Shown: in pieces, positions 28,462-38,298 of the stretch
Layout: each line of letters opens with the position of its first letter
Position numbering within the stretch: the stretch's first letter is position 1
Assembly: GCA_020633675.1 (NCBI GenBank)
Contig: JACKDE010000002.1
Span: 624,644-688,643, forward strand
Direction of reading: 5' to 3'
Source of the DNA: Deferribacteres bacterium
GTDB taxonomy: Bacteria > Zhuqueibacterota > Zhuqueibacteria > Zhuqueibacterales > Geothermadaptataceae
Length of the DNA: 64,000 nt
Notes under the pieces: model-generated
Told to the model about the DNA's origin: nothing
The model's input: the letters and a program-made list of their open reading frames with translations, nothing else
Databases searched by the model: none
Program-made: the position numbers and the translations under genes

Positions 28462-29406
28462 ATGAATGCGGAATGCCCGGGGGTAGGAGAAAGCACTGCC
28501 TTTCAGGAAATTGTTCGACAGGCCACCATCTTTGCGCGGGTCAACCGACCATTGCTGATTCGTGGCGAACGAGGTACAGGCAAAGAGCTCGTTGCCCGCT
28601 TTATCCATTTGAAAAGCAGTCGAATCGAACAAAACTATGTAACGGTTAATTGTGCGGCATTTCAAGAAGAGCTATTTTTGTCCGATATGTTTGGACATGA
28701 AAAGGGTGCATTTACGGGTGCGGTGCAGAGTAAACCGGGAAAGTTGGAACTCGCGCATTGCGGCACCCTGTTTCTTGATGAAATCGCCAACATGACACGC
28801 ACCGCCCAGGAAAAGTTGCTGCGCGTGATCGAATATCAAAAATTCGAACGCATCGGTGGAACTGAATCGCTGCAAGTGGATGTCCGAATCATCGCGGCTA
28901 CAAATGCGCCGCTCGAAGAAATGATGCAAAATGGCGAATTCCTTCCTGATTTATATGACCGTTTGTGCTTTGCGGAGTTGACCTTGCCACCGCTCCGCAA
29001 GCGCCGCGAAGATATTCCAATGCTGATCGATCATATCGTCCAGCAATTGCATGCTGAAATTCCTGATTTGGAACGTAAGACCTTCACCCAATCTGCTGTC
29101 AAAGAGATGCAAGCGTACCACTGGCCCGGGAACATCCGCCAGCTTAAAAATGTGGTTGAGCGTCTCTATATCTTCGACGAAGACGGCGTCATTCATGCAT
29201 CGGAATTGCCGCTTGAAATTACGGCTGTTGAACCGCTGGGTAAAACCTTCCACGAACGTGTCACAGCATTTGAAAAGACACTGCTGACGAATGCACTCAA
29301 AGATTGTCAGGGCAACCAGCGTGCTGCCGCGCAAGTGCTTGGTATGTCCTACGACCAGTTCCGACATTACTTCAAAAAATATAAACTTGGGGAGTTGTTG
29401 GCGTAA
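28462..29406 (+). CDS. pspF: PspF-like sigma-54 activator (AAA+ and HTH only, no receiver)
   Basis: PLLIRGERGTGKE Walker A. Sigma-54 interaction domain. C-terminal HTH. About 315 aa, like PspF. ATG at 28462 with a GGAG RBS. Divergent from the wHTH gene and upstream of the pspA-like operon. Confidence 0.7.
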   Translation: MNAECPGVGESTAFQEIVRQATIFARVNRPLLIRGERGTGKELVARFIHLKSSRIEQNYVTVNCAAFQEELFLSDMFGHEKGAFTGAVQSKPGKLELAHCGTLFLDEIANMTRTAQEKLLRVIEYQKFERIGGTESLQVDVRIIAATNAPLEEMMQNGEFLPDLYDRLCFAELTLPPLRKRREDIPMLIDHIVQQLHAEIPDLERKTFTQSAVKEMQAYHWPGNIRQLKNVVERLYIFDEDGVIHASELPLEITAVEPLGKTFHERVTAFEKTLLTNALKDCQGNQRAAAQVLGMSYDQFRHYFKKYKLGELLA

Positions 29407-29474
29407 AACACCAACAGTTGGCGTTGTTTCCCACCTTTCTCCACCCTCCTGTCTCCTTTTTGAGCTCACCCGTA

Positions 29475-29492
29475 TTTGGTACGTCAGTTGCT
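29475..29492 (+). promoter_or_regulatory. Sigma-54 (-24/-12) promoter
   Basis: TTGGTACGTCAGTTGCTT has GG and GC exactly 10 nt apart (TGGTAC-N5-TTGCT versus consensus TGGCAC-N5-TTGCW). It lies about 85 nt upstream of the small membrane ORF and the pspA homolog. Confidence 0.6.
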
Positions 29493-29576
29493 TTAACAAG
29501 CGCGAACAACGAAAGTGAAACGAGACGTGAGCTTGCTGCAGATGCAAACAAGCCGCTGCTCACAGGAGGAGATCAA

Positions 29577-29774
29577 ATGACGGAACAAGCTTCAGAAGAT
29601 TCATCATCCACACCATTTTGGTATGTATTGGGCTTGATGATGTTTTTGGTGGCGCTTGTTTTTTTAGCTGCCTTTTTTGAAAAAACATTGGGCCTGTTTG
29701 AATTTTCAAGCGAAATCTGGAATATTCAGAAAATGCTATTCGGTGGAATTATGAGTTCGGTTTTGAACTTTTAA
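29577..29774 (+). CDS. Small single-TM membrane protein (LiaI/PspB-like position upstream of pspA)
   Basis: 65 aa. Strong RBS AGGAGG. Acidic N-terminus then TM WYVLGLMMFLVALVFLAAFF. First gene downstream of the sigma-54 promoter. Confidence 0.55.
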   Translation: MTEQASEDSSSTPFWYVLGLMMFLVALVFLAAFFEKTLGLFEFSSEIWNIQKMLFGGIMSSVLNF

Positions 29775-29835
29775 ACTTTGCAAAAATGTATAGAATAAGC
29801 GCCAACACATCACAATAAAATTCAGGAGTAAAAAA

Positions 29836-30537
29836 ATGAACCTGCTGAAAAGAATCTCAACCCTTGTTACAGCCAATATCAATAGTTTACTCGATATGGC
29901 TGAAGATCCGGAAGTGATGGTAAAGCAAATCATTCGGGATATGGAAGAGAGTATCATCGAATTGCGTCGTGAGACTGTGCGTGCTGTTGCACGTGAGAAA
30001 CAGCTCGAAAAACAAATCCTCAGCACAGAAGATCGCCTGAATGATTTCGACAAAAAAGCTGAAATTGCGCTCGGGAATGGTGACGAAGAGCTGGCAAAAA
30101 ACATGCTGGTGCAAAAGGTTGCCGCTGACAAGCGCAAGACTCTTTTGGAAAAAGAATTCGAAATGGCAAAGGCGACGTCGGCAGAGTTGAAGCAAGATTT
30201 GTCCAAACTCGAAGATCAAGTACAGGTTGCACGGCAGAAAAAGGAAGAGTTGATTCGACGCAAACGCGCTGCTGAGTCGAAGTTGCAGACGCAGAACATC
30301 CGTCGCAAATCGATTGAAGCCATGCAAACCATCGCGGCTTCAATAGCCAGCTTCGATGGCTCTGCAAAAAATCTCGAATCGTACGAGCAAGCCATTCAGC
30401 AGCTCGAAGCAGAAGCTGAAGCAACTCAGGAAATTCTGGATCTTGAGTCAAAAAATGATATCGATCTGGAAAAATTCGATAAAGAGAAAAAGGTCGAAGA
30501 TGAACTGGCAAAGCTGAAGCAGCGGTTGAAAAAATAG
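29836..30537 (+). CDS. pspA: Phage shock protein A (PspA/IM30/LiaH family)
   Basis: N-terminus ...NANINSLLDMAEDPEVMVKQIIRDMEESIIELR matches the PspA helix-1 signature. Coiled coil throughout. 233 aa. Confidence 0.9.
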   Translation: MNLLKRISTLVTANINSLLDMAEDPEVMVKQIIRDMEESIIELRRETVRAVAREKQLEKQILSTEDRLNDFDKKAEIALGNGDEELAKNMLVQKVAADKRKTLLEKEFEMAKATSAELKQDLSKLEDQVQVARQKKEELIRRKRAAESKLQTQNIRRKSIEAMQTIAASIASFDGSAKNLESYEQAIQQLEAEAEATQEILDLESKNDIDLEKFDKEKKVEDELAKLKQRLKK

Positions 30538-30701
30538 CCTTTGCTTCGTTGAGCTTTGGATTTATCAGCAAGCCGTCAATAGAAGTGCCTCTGTGCATCT
30601 TTCACTTGCAGTGAAGCCAGCGGGACTGAGGATAAATGTGCTCAGCAATGATGTATCTTTTTAAATTTTCGACACTCATTGCTGAACGAGGAGGGTTTTT
30701 C

Positions 30702-31274
30702 ATGGAAACAATATACCTGGTCTGTCTGATATTCGGAGGATTTTTCCTCGCTGTATCGATCTTTGCGGGTACCGAAGCGGATGCAGATTTCGGACTGGAG
30801 ACCGATGCTGATTTTAATACGGAATCAGCCGAACTTGGTGGAGAAGGCGTCACATCTGCGATCCAGTACCTGAGCTTTCGAAATATCGTCTTCTTTGTTG
30901 CCTTCTTTGGATTGACTGGATTCGCGCTTTCAAAACTGGAGACGCCGGCGATTGTGGCGTTTGCGATTGCCAGCGCACTTGGTTTCTTCGCCGCTTCGGT
31001 TGGCCATAAAGTGATGTCCTACCTGCGCGATTCGGAGGTCAGTGGCACAATGGATCTGCGTGATCTCGAAGGGCAGAGCGCTAAAGTGGTCGTGAATTTA
31101 ACGAAATCGAAACGGGGCAAAATATCGGTGAATTCCCGGGACCGGATTTTCCAGCTTCTTGCACTGGTCGCGGATGAAGCCAGCAAAGATGCATTCCAAT
31201 TTGGCGATTCGGTAACCATTATACGGGTTGAAAGCAATGTCGTTTATGTTGCCGAACCGGATTTCATTCAATAA
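30702..31274 (+). CDS. NfeD-like membrane protein with C-terminal OB-fold (YqiJ-like)
   Basis: Three TM helices, then a beta-rich OB domain (AKVVVNLTKSKRGKISV...VTIIRVESNVVYV). Positioned immediately upstream of flotillin, as for yqiJ-yqiK and nfeD-SPFH pairs. Confidence 0.7.
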   Translation: METIYLVCLIFGGFFLAVSIFAGTEADADFGLETDADFNTESAELGGEGVTSAIQYLSFRNIVFFVAFFGLTGFALSKLETPAIVAFAIASALGFFAASVGHKVMSYLRDSEVSGTMDLRDLEGQSAKVVVNLTKSKRGKISVNSRDRIFQLLALVADEASKDAFQFGDSVTIIRVESNVVYVAEPDFIQ

Positions 31275-31291
31275 ATATACCGAGGAGGTAG

Positions 31292-32707
31292 ATGATGCTA
31301 GAGAGTATTGTTGTAACTGTCGTGATGATTGTCGGCCTGGTGATTTTGACTGTGATGTTATTCATCAGCCGCTTTCTGCTGATCTGCCATCCAAATGAAG
31401 TGATTGTGCTTTCCGGGCGGCGCCGTCAGGTAGCCGACGGAGCGACTGTTGGATACCGCATTATTCGTGGCGGTCGGGCTCTGCGCATCCCGATTCTTGA
31501 AAAAGCCGCCCGCATGTCGCTTGAGACGATCCCGTTGGAACTGAGCGTGCAAAACGCATACTCGCGCGGAGGCATTCCCCTTAAAGTCGAGGCGATTGCC
31601 AACATTAAAATCGATTCAAGCGAACCTGCATTTGGGAACGCAGTCGAGCGGTTTCTCAATAAGCCACAGGGTGATATCCACGAAATCGCCAAGGATACCC
31701 TGGAAGGCAACTTGCGCGGCGTGCTGGCAACCTTGACACCAGAAGAAGTAAATGAAGACCGGCTGAAGTTTGCCGGCAGCCTGATCGATGAAGCCGATAG
31801 TGATTTGAAGCAATTGGGCTTGCAATTGGATACACTTAAAATACAAAATGTATCTGATGAAGCAGGCTACCTTGACTCGATCGGTCGCCGCAAAACTGCC
31901 GAAGTGATTTCAGCTGCACGCAAGGCTGAAGCTGAGAAAACTGCAGAAGCAGAAGAGGCGGAAGCCGCAGCCAAGCAACGCGCCGAAATTGCAAAAGCCC
32001 GCTCCGACCGTGAGATCCGTGCCGCACAAATCGAAGCCCAGCGTGATGTACAAACAACAGAAGCCGTCGCTCAGCAAAAAATAGAGGAAGAACGGAACAA
32101 CCTGCGTGTGAAAAAAGCTGAGCTTGAAAAAACCGCCGTCATTCGCGAGCAGGAAGCCAGCGTTGCCGGTGAGAAAGCCCGTGCTCAATACGAACAGGAG
32201 ATGGAACAGGAACGCATAATACTGCAACAGAAACGCCTGACAGCAGATGTGATTGAGCCTGCGCGTGCCAAGAAGGAAGCGATGGAACTGGAAGCCAAAG
32301 GTGCGGCTGCCAAGATTCTCGAAGACGGCCATGCCCGTTTGCAAGTGATGGCACAAACCATCAAAACCTATCAAAGCGCCAATGGCGAAGGTGAAAAAGT
32401 CTTCATGCTAAACATGCTGCCTGAAATTATCGCGCAACTGGTTGAAACCGTTTCCAAGGTCAATATCGAAAAGGTTAGCGTAATCGATTCCGGTTCCAGC
32501 AATGGCCATGGTCATGGAGTCAGTCGCTTTGTCAACCAACTGCCTGCTGCAGTGCTTTCACTAACGGAGCAAATCGAAAATGCAACCGGCATCAATATTC
32601 TGAGCCAGTTTCAAAAGCATGAACTGTCTGAACAACCGGAAAAAGCGACACCAAAAACAGGACGTTCCCGTAAAAACAACCAACACGATACTGCACAACC
32701 TGCGTAA
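31292..32707 (+). CDS. Flotillin-like SPFH/band-7 protein (YqiK/FloT-like)
   Basis: N-terminal TM. SPFH domain (VIVLSGRRR...GYRIIRGG). Long E/A/K-rich coiled-coil flotillin region. 471 aa. Confidence 0.85.
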   Translation: MMLESIVVTVVMIVGLVILTVMLFISRFLLICHPNEVIVLSGRRRQVADGATVGYRIIRGGRALRIPILEKAARMSLETIPLELSVQNAYSRGGIPLKVEAIANIKIDSSEPAFGNAVERFLNKPQGDIHEIAKDTLEGNLRGVLATLTPEEVNEDRLKFAGSLIDEADSDLKQLGLQLDTLKIQNVSDEAGYLDSIGRRKTAEVISAARKAEAEKTAEAEEAEAAAKQRAEIAKARSDREIRAAQIEAQRDVQTTEAVAQQKIEEERNNLRVKKAELEKTAVIREQEASVAGEKARAQYEQEMEQERIILQQKRLTADVIEPARAKKEAMELEAKGAAAKILEDGHARLQVMAQTIKTYQSANGEGEKVFMLNMLPEIIAQLVETVSKVNIEKVSVIDSGSSNGHGHGVSRFVNQLPAAVLSLTEQIENATGINILSQFQKHELSEQPEKATPKTGRSRKNNQHDTAQPA

Positions 32708-32716
32708 ATGTCCTCA

Positions 32717-32752
32717 GGGGCGGATGTCAAGCCAAATGATAGCCGCCCTTTT
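32717..32752 (+). terminator. Candidate rho-independent terminator after flotillin
   Basis: gggcgg ... ccgccc stem with a 19-nt loop, followed by ttttaattt. Confidence 0.4.
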
Positions 32753-32858
32753 AATTTCATCCATTCTCAAAGTGTCGGGAGAATAATCGAAATGAATAAT
32801 TATATGGCTGCGGTGTATGCTAAAGAAAGCCCGAGACTATGTTTAAAAGGAGATTCCC

Positions 32859-34301
32859 ATGCAATTCCGAAAGCTGAATTTATTGCTTGCCTGCCTTGTT
32901 GCCATGATTAGTTGGACGGCAAATACGCACGCCCAGCCTGTGACCTCAATGGAAGGCACCTGGCAGGGAAAACTCACTATTCCCGGCGGAATGAAACTGC
33001 GCATCGTGTTCCATATTTCACAGAACGATGAAGGCAACTACAGTGCGAAGATGGACAGCCCGGATCAGGGTGCAACCGGCTTGCCGGTTGGCGCGGTTAC
33101 TTTTGTTGAAAACAAGCTTACCATCGAGGTCCCGGCTGTGCGCGGAAATTTCGAAGGCACATGGACTGAAGAAAGTGGAAAAATTGATGGCAAATGGAAT
33201 CAAAGCGGAATGGCAATGCCGTTAATTTTAGAGCGGGTGGACAAAGTCGAAGCGCCTAAAAGACCACAAGCTCCCCAAAAGCCGTATCCCTATATCGAGG
33301 AAGAAGTGAACTACGAAAACGAAGCTGCAGGAATATCGCTGGCCGGTACGCTGACGATGCCGAAAACCGGCGCTCCATTTCCAGCTGTTGTGCTGATTAC
33401 CGGCTCTGGCCCACAGGATCGAAACGAAAGCTTGCTCGGGCACAAGCCATTTTTGGTGCTGGCCGATCATCTCACCCGCAACGGCATCGCTGTTTTGCGT
33501 TTTGATGACCGCGGTGTTGGCCAATCGACTGGTGATTTTGCCACCGCCACCAGTGAAGATTTTGCTGGTGATGTGAAAGCTGGCATTAAATATTTGCTCA
33601 GCCGTGATGAAATCGATGCAAAAAAAATCGGTTTGGTGGGTCATAGTGAAGGTGGTTTGATTGCACCGATGGTGGCCACTGAATCCCCGGATGTGGCATT
33701 TGTTGTACTGATGGCGGGACCGGGACTCAGCGGCGAAAAGATTTTGTTGCTGCAGAGCAATTTGATTGCCAAGGCAAATGGCGCGCCCGAGATCCTGATT
33801 GAACAGGGATTGATCGATGCAGCGGCCTACTATAAAATTCTGAAAGCCGAGCCGGATAATGCTGCTGCAGAGAAAAAGTTGCGCGCTTATCGGCAGGCAG
33901 CCTGGGACAAATCGAGCGAAGAAATGAAGGCTGAAGCGCGCAAACTGGGTGACCCGGAAAAGCTGTTTGAGGCTGGCTTGAAGCAAATGCTGACACCTTG
34001 GTTCCGCTATTTCATCAGCTATGATCCAGCGCCGACCCTGCAGAAGGTTAAAGTGCCGGTGCTGGCGATCAACGGCGAAAAAGATCTGCAAGTACCGCCA
34101 AAAGAAAATCTCGCAGCAATTGCAGAAGCCCTCACAGATGGCGGCAATGCCAATTTCAAAACGGTCGAAATGCCTGGCCTGAATCACCTTTTTCAAAAGT
34201 GCGAAACAGGTGCGCCGGGCGAATACAGCCAAATCGAAGAAACGATTTCGCCGACTGCTCTGCAAGCCATCAGCAACTGGATTTTGAGCGCGGCCAAGTG
34301 A
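32859..34301 (+). CDS. Secreted alpha/beta-hydrolase (S9/dienelactone-hydrolase-like) with N-terminal beta domain
   Basis: Signal peptide. Nucleophile elbow GHSEGG. C-terminal Asp/His region (NGEKDLQVP...LNHLF). Confidence 0.7.
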   Translation: MQFRKLNLLLACLVAMISWTANTHAQPVTSMEGTWQGKLTIPGGMKLRIVFHISQNDEGNYSAKMDSPDQGATGLPVGAVTFVENKLTIEVPAVRGNFEGTWTEESGKIDGKWNQSGMAMPLILERVDKVEAPKRPQAPQKPYPYIEEEVNYENEAAGISLAGTLTMPKTGAPFPAVVLITGSGPQDRNESLLGHKPFLVLADHLTRNGIAVLRFDDRGVGQSTGDFATATSEDFAGDVKAGIKYLLSRDEIDAKKIGLVGHSEGGLIAPMVATESPDVAFVVLMAGPGLSGEKILLLQSNLIAKANGAPEILIEQGLIDAAAYYKILKAEPDNAAAEKKLRAYRQAAWDKSSEEMKAEARKLGDPEKLFEAGLKQMLTPWFRYFISYDPAPTLQKVKVPVLAINGEKDLQVPPKENLAAIAEALTDGGNANFKTVEMPGLNHLFQKCETGAPGEYSQIEETISPTALQAISNWILSAAK

Positions 34302-34385
34302 TTGTCGGAACTGCAATTTCTGAAAAGATTGAAAAAGCCCCGTCATGGCAGTTGCCAGCGGGGCGTTTTTATTTGGCAATGACCG

Positions 34386-35828
34386 TCAAAATTTTATGCA
34401 AACATTCTTCGGCTCGGTGAAAAAGCGCAGCGCTTCGTCTCCGCCTTCCCTGCCAACGCCGGAAGATTTTGTGCCTCCGAATGGCGTACGCAAATCCCTT
34501 AACAGCCAGCAATTTACCCAAACCACACCAGCCTGCAACTCGCTGCCCAGCCTGTGCGCTCGCGACAAATTTTCCGTCCATACGGTCGCGGCCAGTCCAT
34601 ACTCTGTGCTGTTTGCGAGTTTCAGCGCTTCATCTTCACCTTCGAACGGCATGATCGTAACCACCGGCCCGAAAATCTCTTCCTGATTGGTGCGGCAATG
34701 CGCATCCAAACCCTCGATGACCGTGGGTGCGACAAAAAATCCATTTTTGCAGCGCCCGGTCAGTTGAACGCGTTCGCCACCGCACAAGATCGTTCCGCCC
34801 TCTTCTTTTGCTAATTCGATATAGGACAGGATTTTTTCTATATGCTGCTGCGAAACCACCGCACCAAGCCGACTCTCCGGCTCGAGCGGGTCGCAAACAG
34901 TAAGCTCGCGGGTGCGCGCCACAAAATCCTGCTTGAATTTGGCATAAACCGCACGCTCCACAAAAATACGCGATCCGCACAGGCAAATCTGCCCCTGGTT
35001 TGTAAATGATGAGCGCAGCGTGGTGTCCAGCATATCGTCGTATTGGCAATCGGCAAAAATGAGAGTGGGATTTTTGCCACCCAACTCCAGGCTGACTTTT
35101 TTAAACGTTGGAGCTGTTGTGCGAGCGATTTCTGCGCCGGTCCTGGTGCCTCCGGTAAAAGATATCACGCCAATGTCCGAATGTGCTGTGATCGCCGCCC
35201 CCACTTTGTGGCCTAAACCATGCACGATATTGAGCACCCCACCCGGAAATCCGGCTTCGATGCACAACTCGGACAGCAAGAATGCGGTCATCGGCGTGAT
35301 TTCGGACGGCTTGGCGATCACGCAATTGCCTGCTGCCAGCGCCGGTGCGATCTTCCAGCTAAACAAGTAGAGCGGTAAATTCCATGGCGAAATGCAGCCT
35401 GCAATGCCAATCGGCTTGCGCAATGTGTAATTGAGGACACGTTCCGATGTGGCGTGGCTTTCGCTGGCAAATTGTTCGATCGCTGAGGCAAAAAAGTGGA
35501 AATTTTGTGAGGCGCGCGGAATGTCAACTGCGAGAGCTAACGCAAGGGGCTTGCCGTTATCGACCGATTCAGCCAGTGCCAGTTTCTCGATATTGGCATC
35601 GATCAGCGAAGACAGGCGGTACAAATAGGCTGCGCGCTGGCCGGCAGTTTTAGCGGACCATACCGGAAAAGCCCGTTGGGCAGCTTGCACGGCCTGCCCG
35701 ATATCCCGTTCATCAGAATCGGGGGTATGCGAGTACACCTTACCAATGGCCGGATCGATATTATCGATATACTCGCCGGATGCTGGCGGCAGCAGTTTGC
35801 CAGCGATGTAATTGGCTATTTTTTGCAT
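34386..35828 (-). CDS. NAD(P)+-dependent aldehyde dehydrogenase
   Basis: ELGGKNP and catalytic Cys context GQICLCGSRIF. FTGGTRTG NAD-binding. 480 aa. Confidence 0.9.
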   Translation of the reverse strand: MQKIANYIAGKLLPPASGEYIDNIDPAIGKVYSHTPDSDERDIGQAVQAAQRAFPVWSAKTAGQRAAYLYRLSSLIDANIEKLALAESVDNGKPLALALAVDIPRASQNFHFFASAIEQFASESHATSERVLNYTLRKPIGIAGCISPWNLPLYLFSWKIAPALAAGNCVIAKPSEITPMTAFLLSELCIEAGFPGGVLNIVHGLGHKVGAAITAHSDIGVISFTGGTRTGAEIARTTAPTFKKVSLELGGKNPTLIFADCQYDDMLDTTLRSSFTNQGQICLCGSRIFVERAVYAKFKQDFVARTRELTVCDPLEPESRLGAVVSQQHIEKILSYIELAKEEGGTILCGGERVQLTGRCKNGFFVAPTVIEGLDAHCRTNQEEIFGPVVTIMPFEGEDEALKLANSTEYGLAATVWTENLSRAHRLGSELQAGVVWVNCWLLRDLRTPFGGTKSSGVGREGGDEALRFFTEPKNVCIKF

Positions 35829-35836
35829 TCCCTGAC

Positions 35837-36973
35837 CTAATTTTTCATCCTTGCTCTTTTATCAAATTGTAAAAACCAATTATATAATTCCTGTTTGGGA
35901 TATACCAACCAGTCTATCCAATGACCGGCCTCAGGTTCCACTGTGAATCTTAGATGTTTATTTTTCCCTCGCAATTTGTCGATCATCCAGTCTGTATCCT
36001 CAAATTGAACCACTTTATCAAGTTTCCCATGAAATGCCCAAATAGGAATATCGATCAGGCTGTCAACATTCTTCATAATGTAATCCATATGATGGGTAAA
36101 TCCGCTCATTGGAGCGATCGCTGCAAATTTATCCGGATATTTTATCGCTAAATACCAGGTCCCGGACCCTCCCAGACTGACTCCTGTCAGATATATTCTG
36201 TTTGTATCTATTCTGTATCTTGCTGTTATTTCTGTATAAAAATTCTCAAACCAATTGTTTGTCGACCACCTTTCGTTCAACGGGCATTGCGGAGCGATGA
36301 TAACGAATGGGAATTTTCTTCCCTTCCAAATTTGGTCTGGAATTCCACAACAGTACAATTTCAATGTATCTGCGCCTCTGCTTGAACCTCCATGCAGATA
36401 GATGATCAAAGGCCATTTTTTCGTGGTGCTTTCTTGATAACTTTTAGGCGTGTAAGCGATATAACGGTAGTTGGTCTCTTTTGGATTTTGATTTAAGCCC
36501 TTTTTGAAAATCAATTCCCGTTGTATTGTACCATCCTCATTCCACCAGGTACATGTTCCGTTTTGCTGACCATTTGAATAATGCTCTACAGACTCCCTTT
36601 TCCCATTCGAATACCAGTATTCAAACAGACCATGTCGCAATCCTTTTAAAAAATTTGTTCTACTGATTATTTGGCCGTTTTCCGACCACTCTCTGAATTG
36701 TCCTTCTTTGGTATTTGTTTTATAATTACACCAGAGATTTTCTTTGATTTCCTTATCAAATGAGCTATAGGTTCCTTCCATTTGCATTTGCCCATTTGGG
36801 TAATAATCCTGAACATGATACAAACTATCGCTCGCATCAAAGCGAATAATGCGTTTATAAATTATCGTATCATTTCGAGAAACTGGATGGGGTAGATAAT
36901 AGGTATCAAAGTCCTGAGCCTTTGCCGCTTCACAGCAAATTAACAGCGATAATATTAAGGCAATGCTTTTCAT
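35837..36973 (-). CDS. Secreted MORN/YwqK-type repeat protein fused to esterase (alpha/beta hydrolase, PHB-depolymerase/carboxylesterase-like)
   Basis: Signal peptide. N-terminal repeats (YYPNGQ..EGTY, WYSNGKRESVEHYSNGQQNG). C-terminal LTGVSLGGSG nucleophile elbow and HG..D. The gene is noticeably AT-rich relative to its neighbours. Confidence 0.6.
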   Translation of the reverse strand: MKSIALILSLLICCEAAKAQDFDTYYLPHPVSRNDTIIYKRIIRFDASDSLYHVQDYYPNGQMQMEGTYSSFDKEIKENLWCNYKTNTKEGQFREWSENGQIISRTNFLKGLRHGLFEYWYSNGKRESVEHYSNGQQNGTCTWWNEDGTIQRELIFKKGLNQNPKETNYRYIAYTPKSYQESTTKKWPLIIYLHGGSSRGADTLKLYCCGIPDQIWKGRKFPFVIIAPQCPLNERWSTNNWFENFYTEITARYRIDTNRIYLTGVSLGGSGTWYLAIKYPDKFAAIAPMSGFTHHMDYIMKNVDSLIDIPIWAFHGKLDKVVQFEDTDWMIDKLRGKNKHLRFTVEPEAGHWIDWLVYPKQELYNWFLQFDKRARMKN

Positions 36974-36986
36974 TTCCAGGGCTGTA

Positions 36987-38123
36987 TCAATATTTTTTCG
37001 AGGTCATCGAACGCACAACTTCACCATCAAGTGTCAAGTAATCGCCCATCAGATTGGCGGTCAGGCAGGAGTGCACCGGCAAAATGAGCAGCACATCGCC
37101 CACTTTGGTTTGCTGCAAAAACGCTGGATCAGCGCGCACGATGCCATGCTCCTGCGAAAGCGAAACCAGTTTCGCACCAGGCACCGGCTCACCCCAACTC
37201 TGCTCGTCTGCTCGCATCACTTGACCGAATAATGCCTGGCCTGCCGAGTCACTCAGCGTGTCCTTGGAAAAGTGCACCGCACCGCCGTATAGCAAGATTT
37301 CGTTGCGCGCGGGATGGATGGCGATCACCGGGCAGGCGACTGCCACTGCGACCTGTTCGAACGCGCAAACCTGTCCATGTACCTGCATCAAATCAAAAAA
37401 CACAAAATTGCCCGCACGGATTTCGTCGACCTCACTCAAATCATCAACTAGCGTGCAGGACGGTGTGTCGCCGATGGAAATTTCGATTTTCGCTCCGGTT
37501 GCGGCTGCGATTTCAGTGCGCACAGCCTGCATGCGGTCGAATGTCTGCCGGTAGATTTCAGCGACGCCGTCGGCAGATTTGGCTTTGTAGGTGTGGCCGG
37601 AGTGGGTAAGAATACCAGCGAGTTGTAACAATTCCGCCTGCTGCACTGCCTGCGCCATTGCGACGATTTCAGCAGTTTTACCATAATCGATCCCGGCACG
37701 GTGGTAGCCAATATCGATTTTGAACCAAATGTGTACTGATGCTTTGATATGTGTTATCAGAAAGTCGATACTGTGCTGTGATTCCACCACCAGGTGCAAA
37801 GTTACTTTCTGCGCAAGCTGGTTAATGGCGTCGATTTCGCGCAGATTGACCGGAATGGCGATGGTGATATCACGCCAGCCGTGCCGGGCAAAATACTGCG
37901 CCATCTCGACTGATGAAACGGTAATGGCGTCGATTTCGTGCTGGCGAAACCACTCGCCGATCTGCGCGGACTGGTGGGTTTTGAAATGTGGCCGCAAGCG
38001 CACGCCACAGCGCTGTGCTTTTTTTGCCATGAACTCAATGTTCGCAAATGCTTTGCTTTTGTCCAACAGCAACGTGGTTTTGGTGATGTTCAGCCGATCC
38101 AAAAATGTGCGCATTCCTTTCAC
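36987..38123 (-). CDS. PLP-dependent D-serine deaminase/D-threonine aldolase-like enzyme (alanine racemase N-terminal fold, DSD1 family)
   Basis: RPHFKTHQ PLP-lysine motif. TIM-barrel pattern, then a C-terminal beta domain with HG/Cys metal ligands. Confidence 0.65.
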   Translation of the reverse strand: MKGMRTFLDRLNITKTTLLLDKSKAFANIEFMAKKAQRCGVRLRPHFKTHQSAQIGEWFRQHEIDAITVSSVEMAQYFARHGWRDITIAIPVNLREIDAINQLAQKVTLHLVVESQHSIDFLITHIKASVHIWFKIDIGYHRAGIDYGKTAEIVAMAQAVQQAELLQLAGILTHSGHTYKAKSADGVAEIYRQTFDRMQAVRTEIAAATGAKIEISIGDTPSCTLVDDLSEVDEIRAGNFVFFDLMQVHGQVCAFEQVAVAVACPVIAIHPARNEILLYGGAVHFSKDTLSDSAGQALFGQVMRADEQSWGEPVPGAKLVSLSQEHGIVRADPAFLQQTKVGDVLLILPVHSCLTANLMGDYLTLDGEVVRSMTSKKY

Positions 38124-38298
38124 TCCGGTATTGATCTTGTTTTATAACTCGTTGGTTTGAGCCTATATAGCCGGTTTTGCTAAAATTTTTCTGAACAGAA
38201 ACAGAACTGTCATAAACAGCGCATTCGCGAATAATCGGCCCACTCATAACTAAAAATTTAGCCAGGTTATTTTTTATGCGTTGGATGAAATCTCACTC

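Noticed and set aside
33228-34379. 383-aa minus-strand ORF
   Set aside because: Entirely antisense to the well-supported alpha/beta-hydrolase gene (32859-34301). Low-complexity, no motifs.
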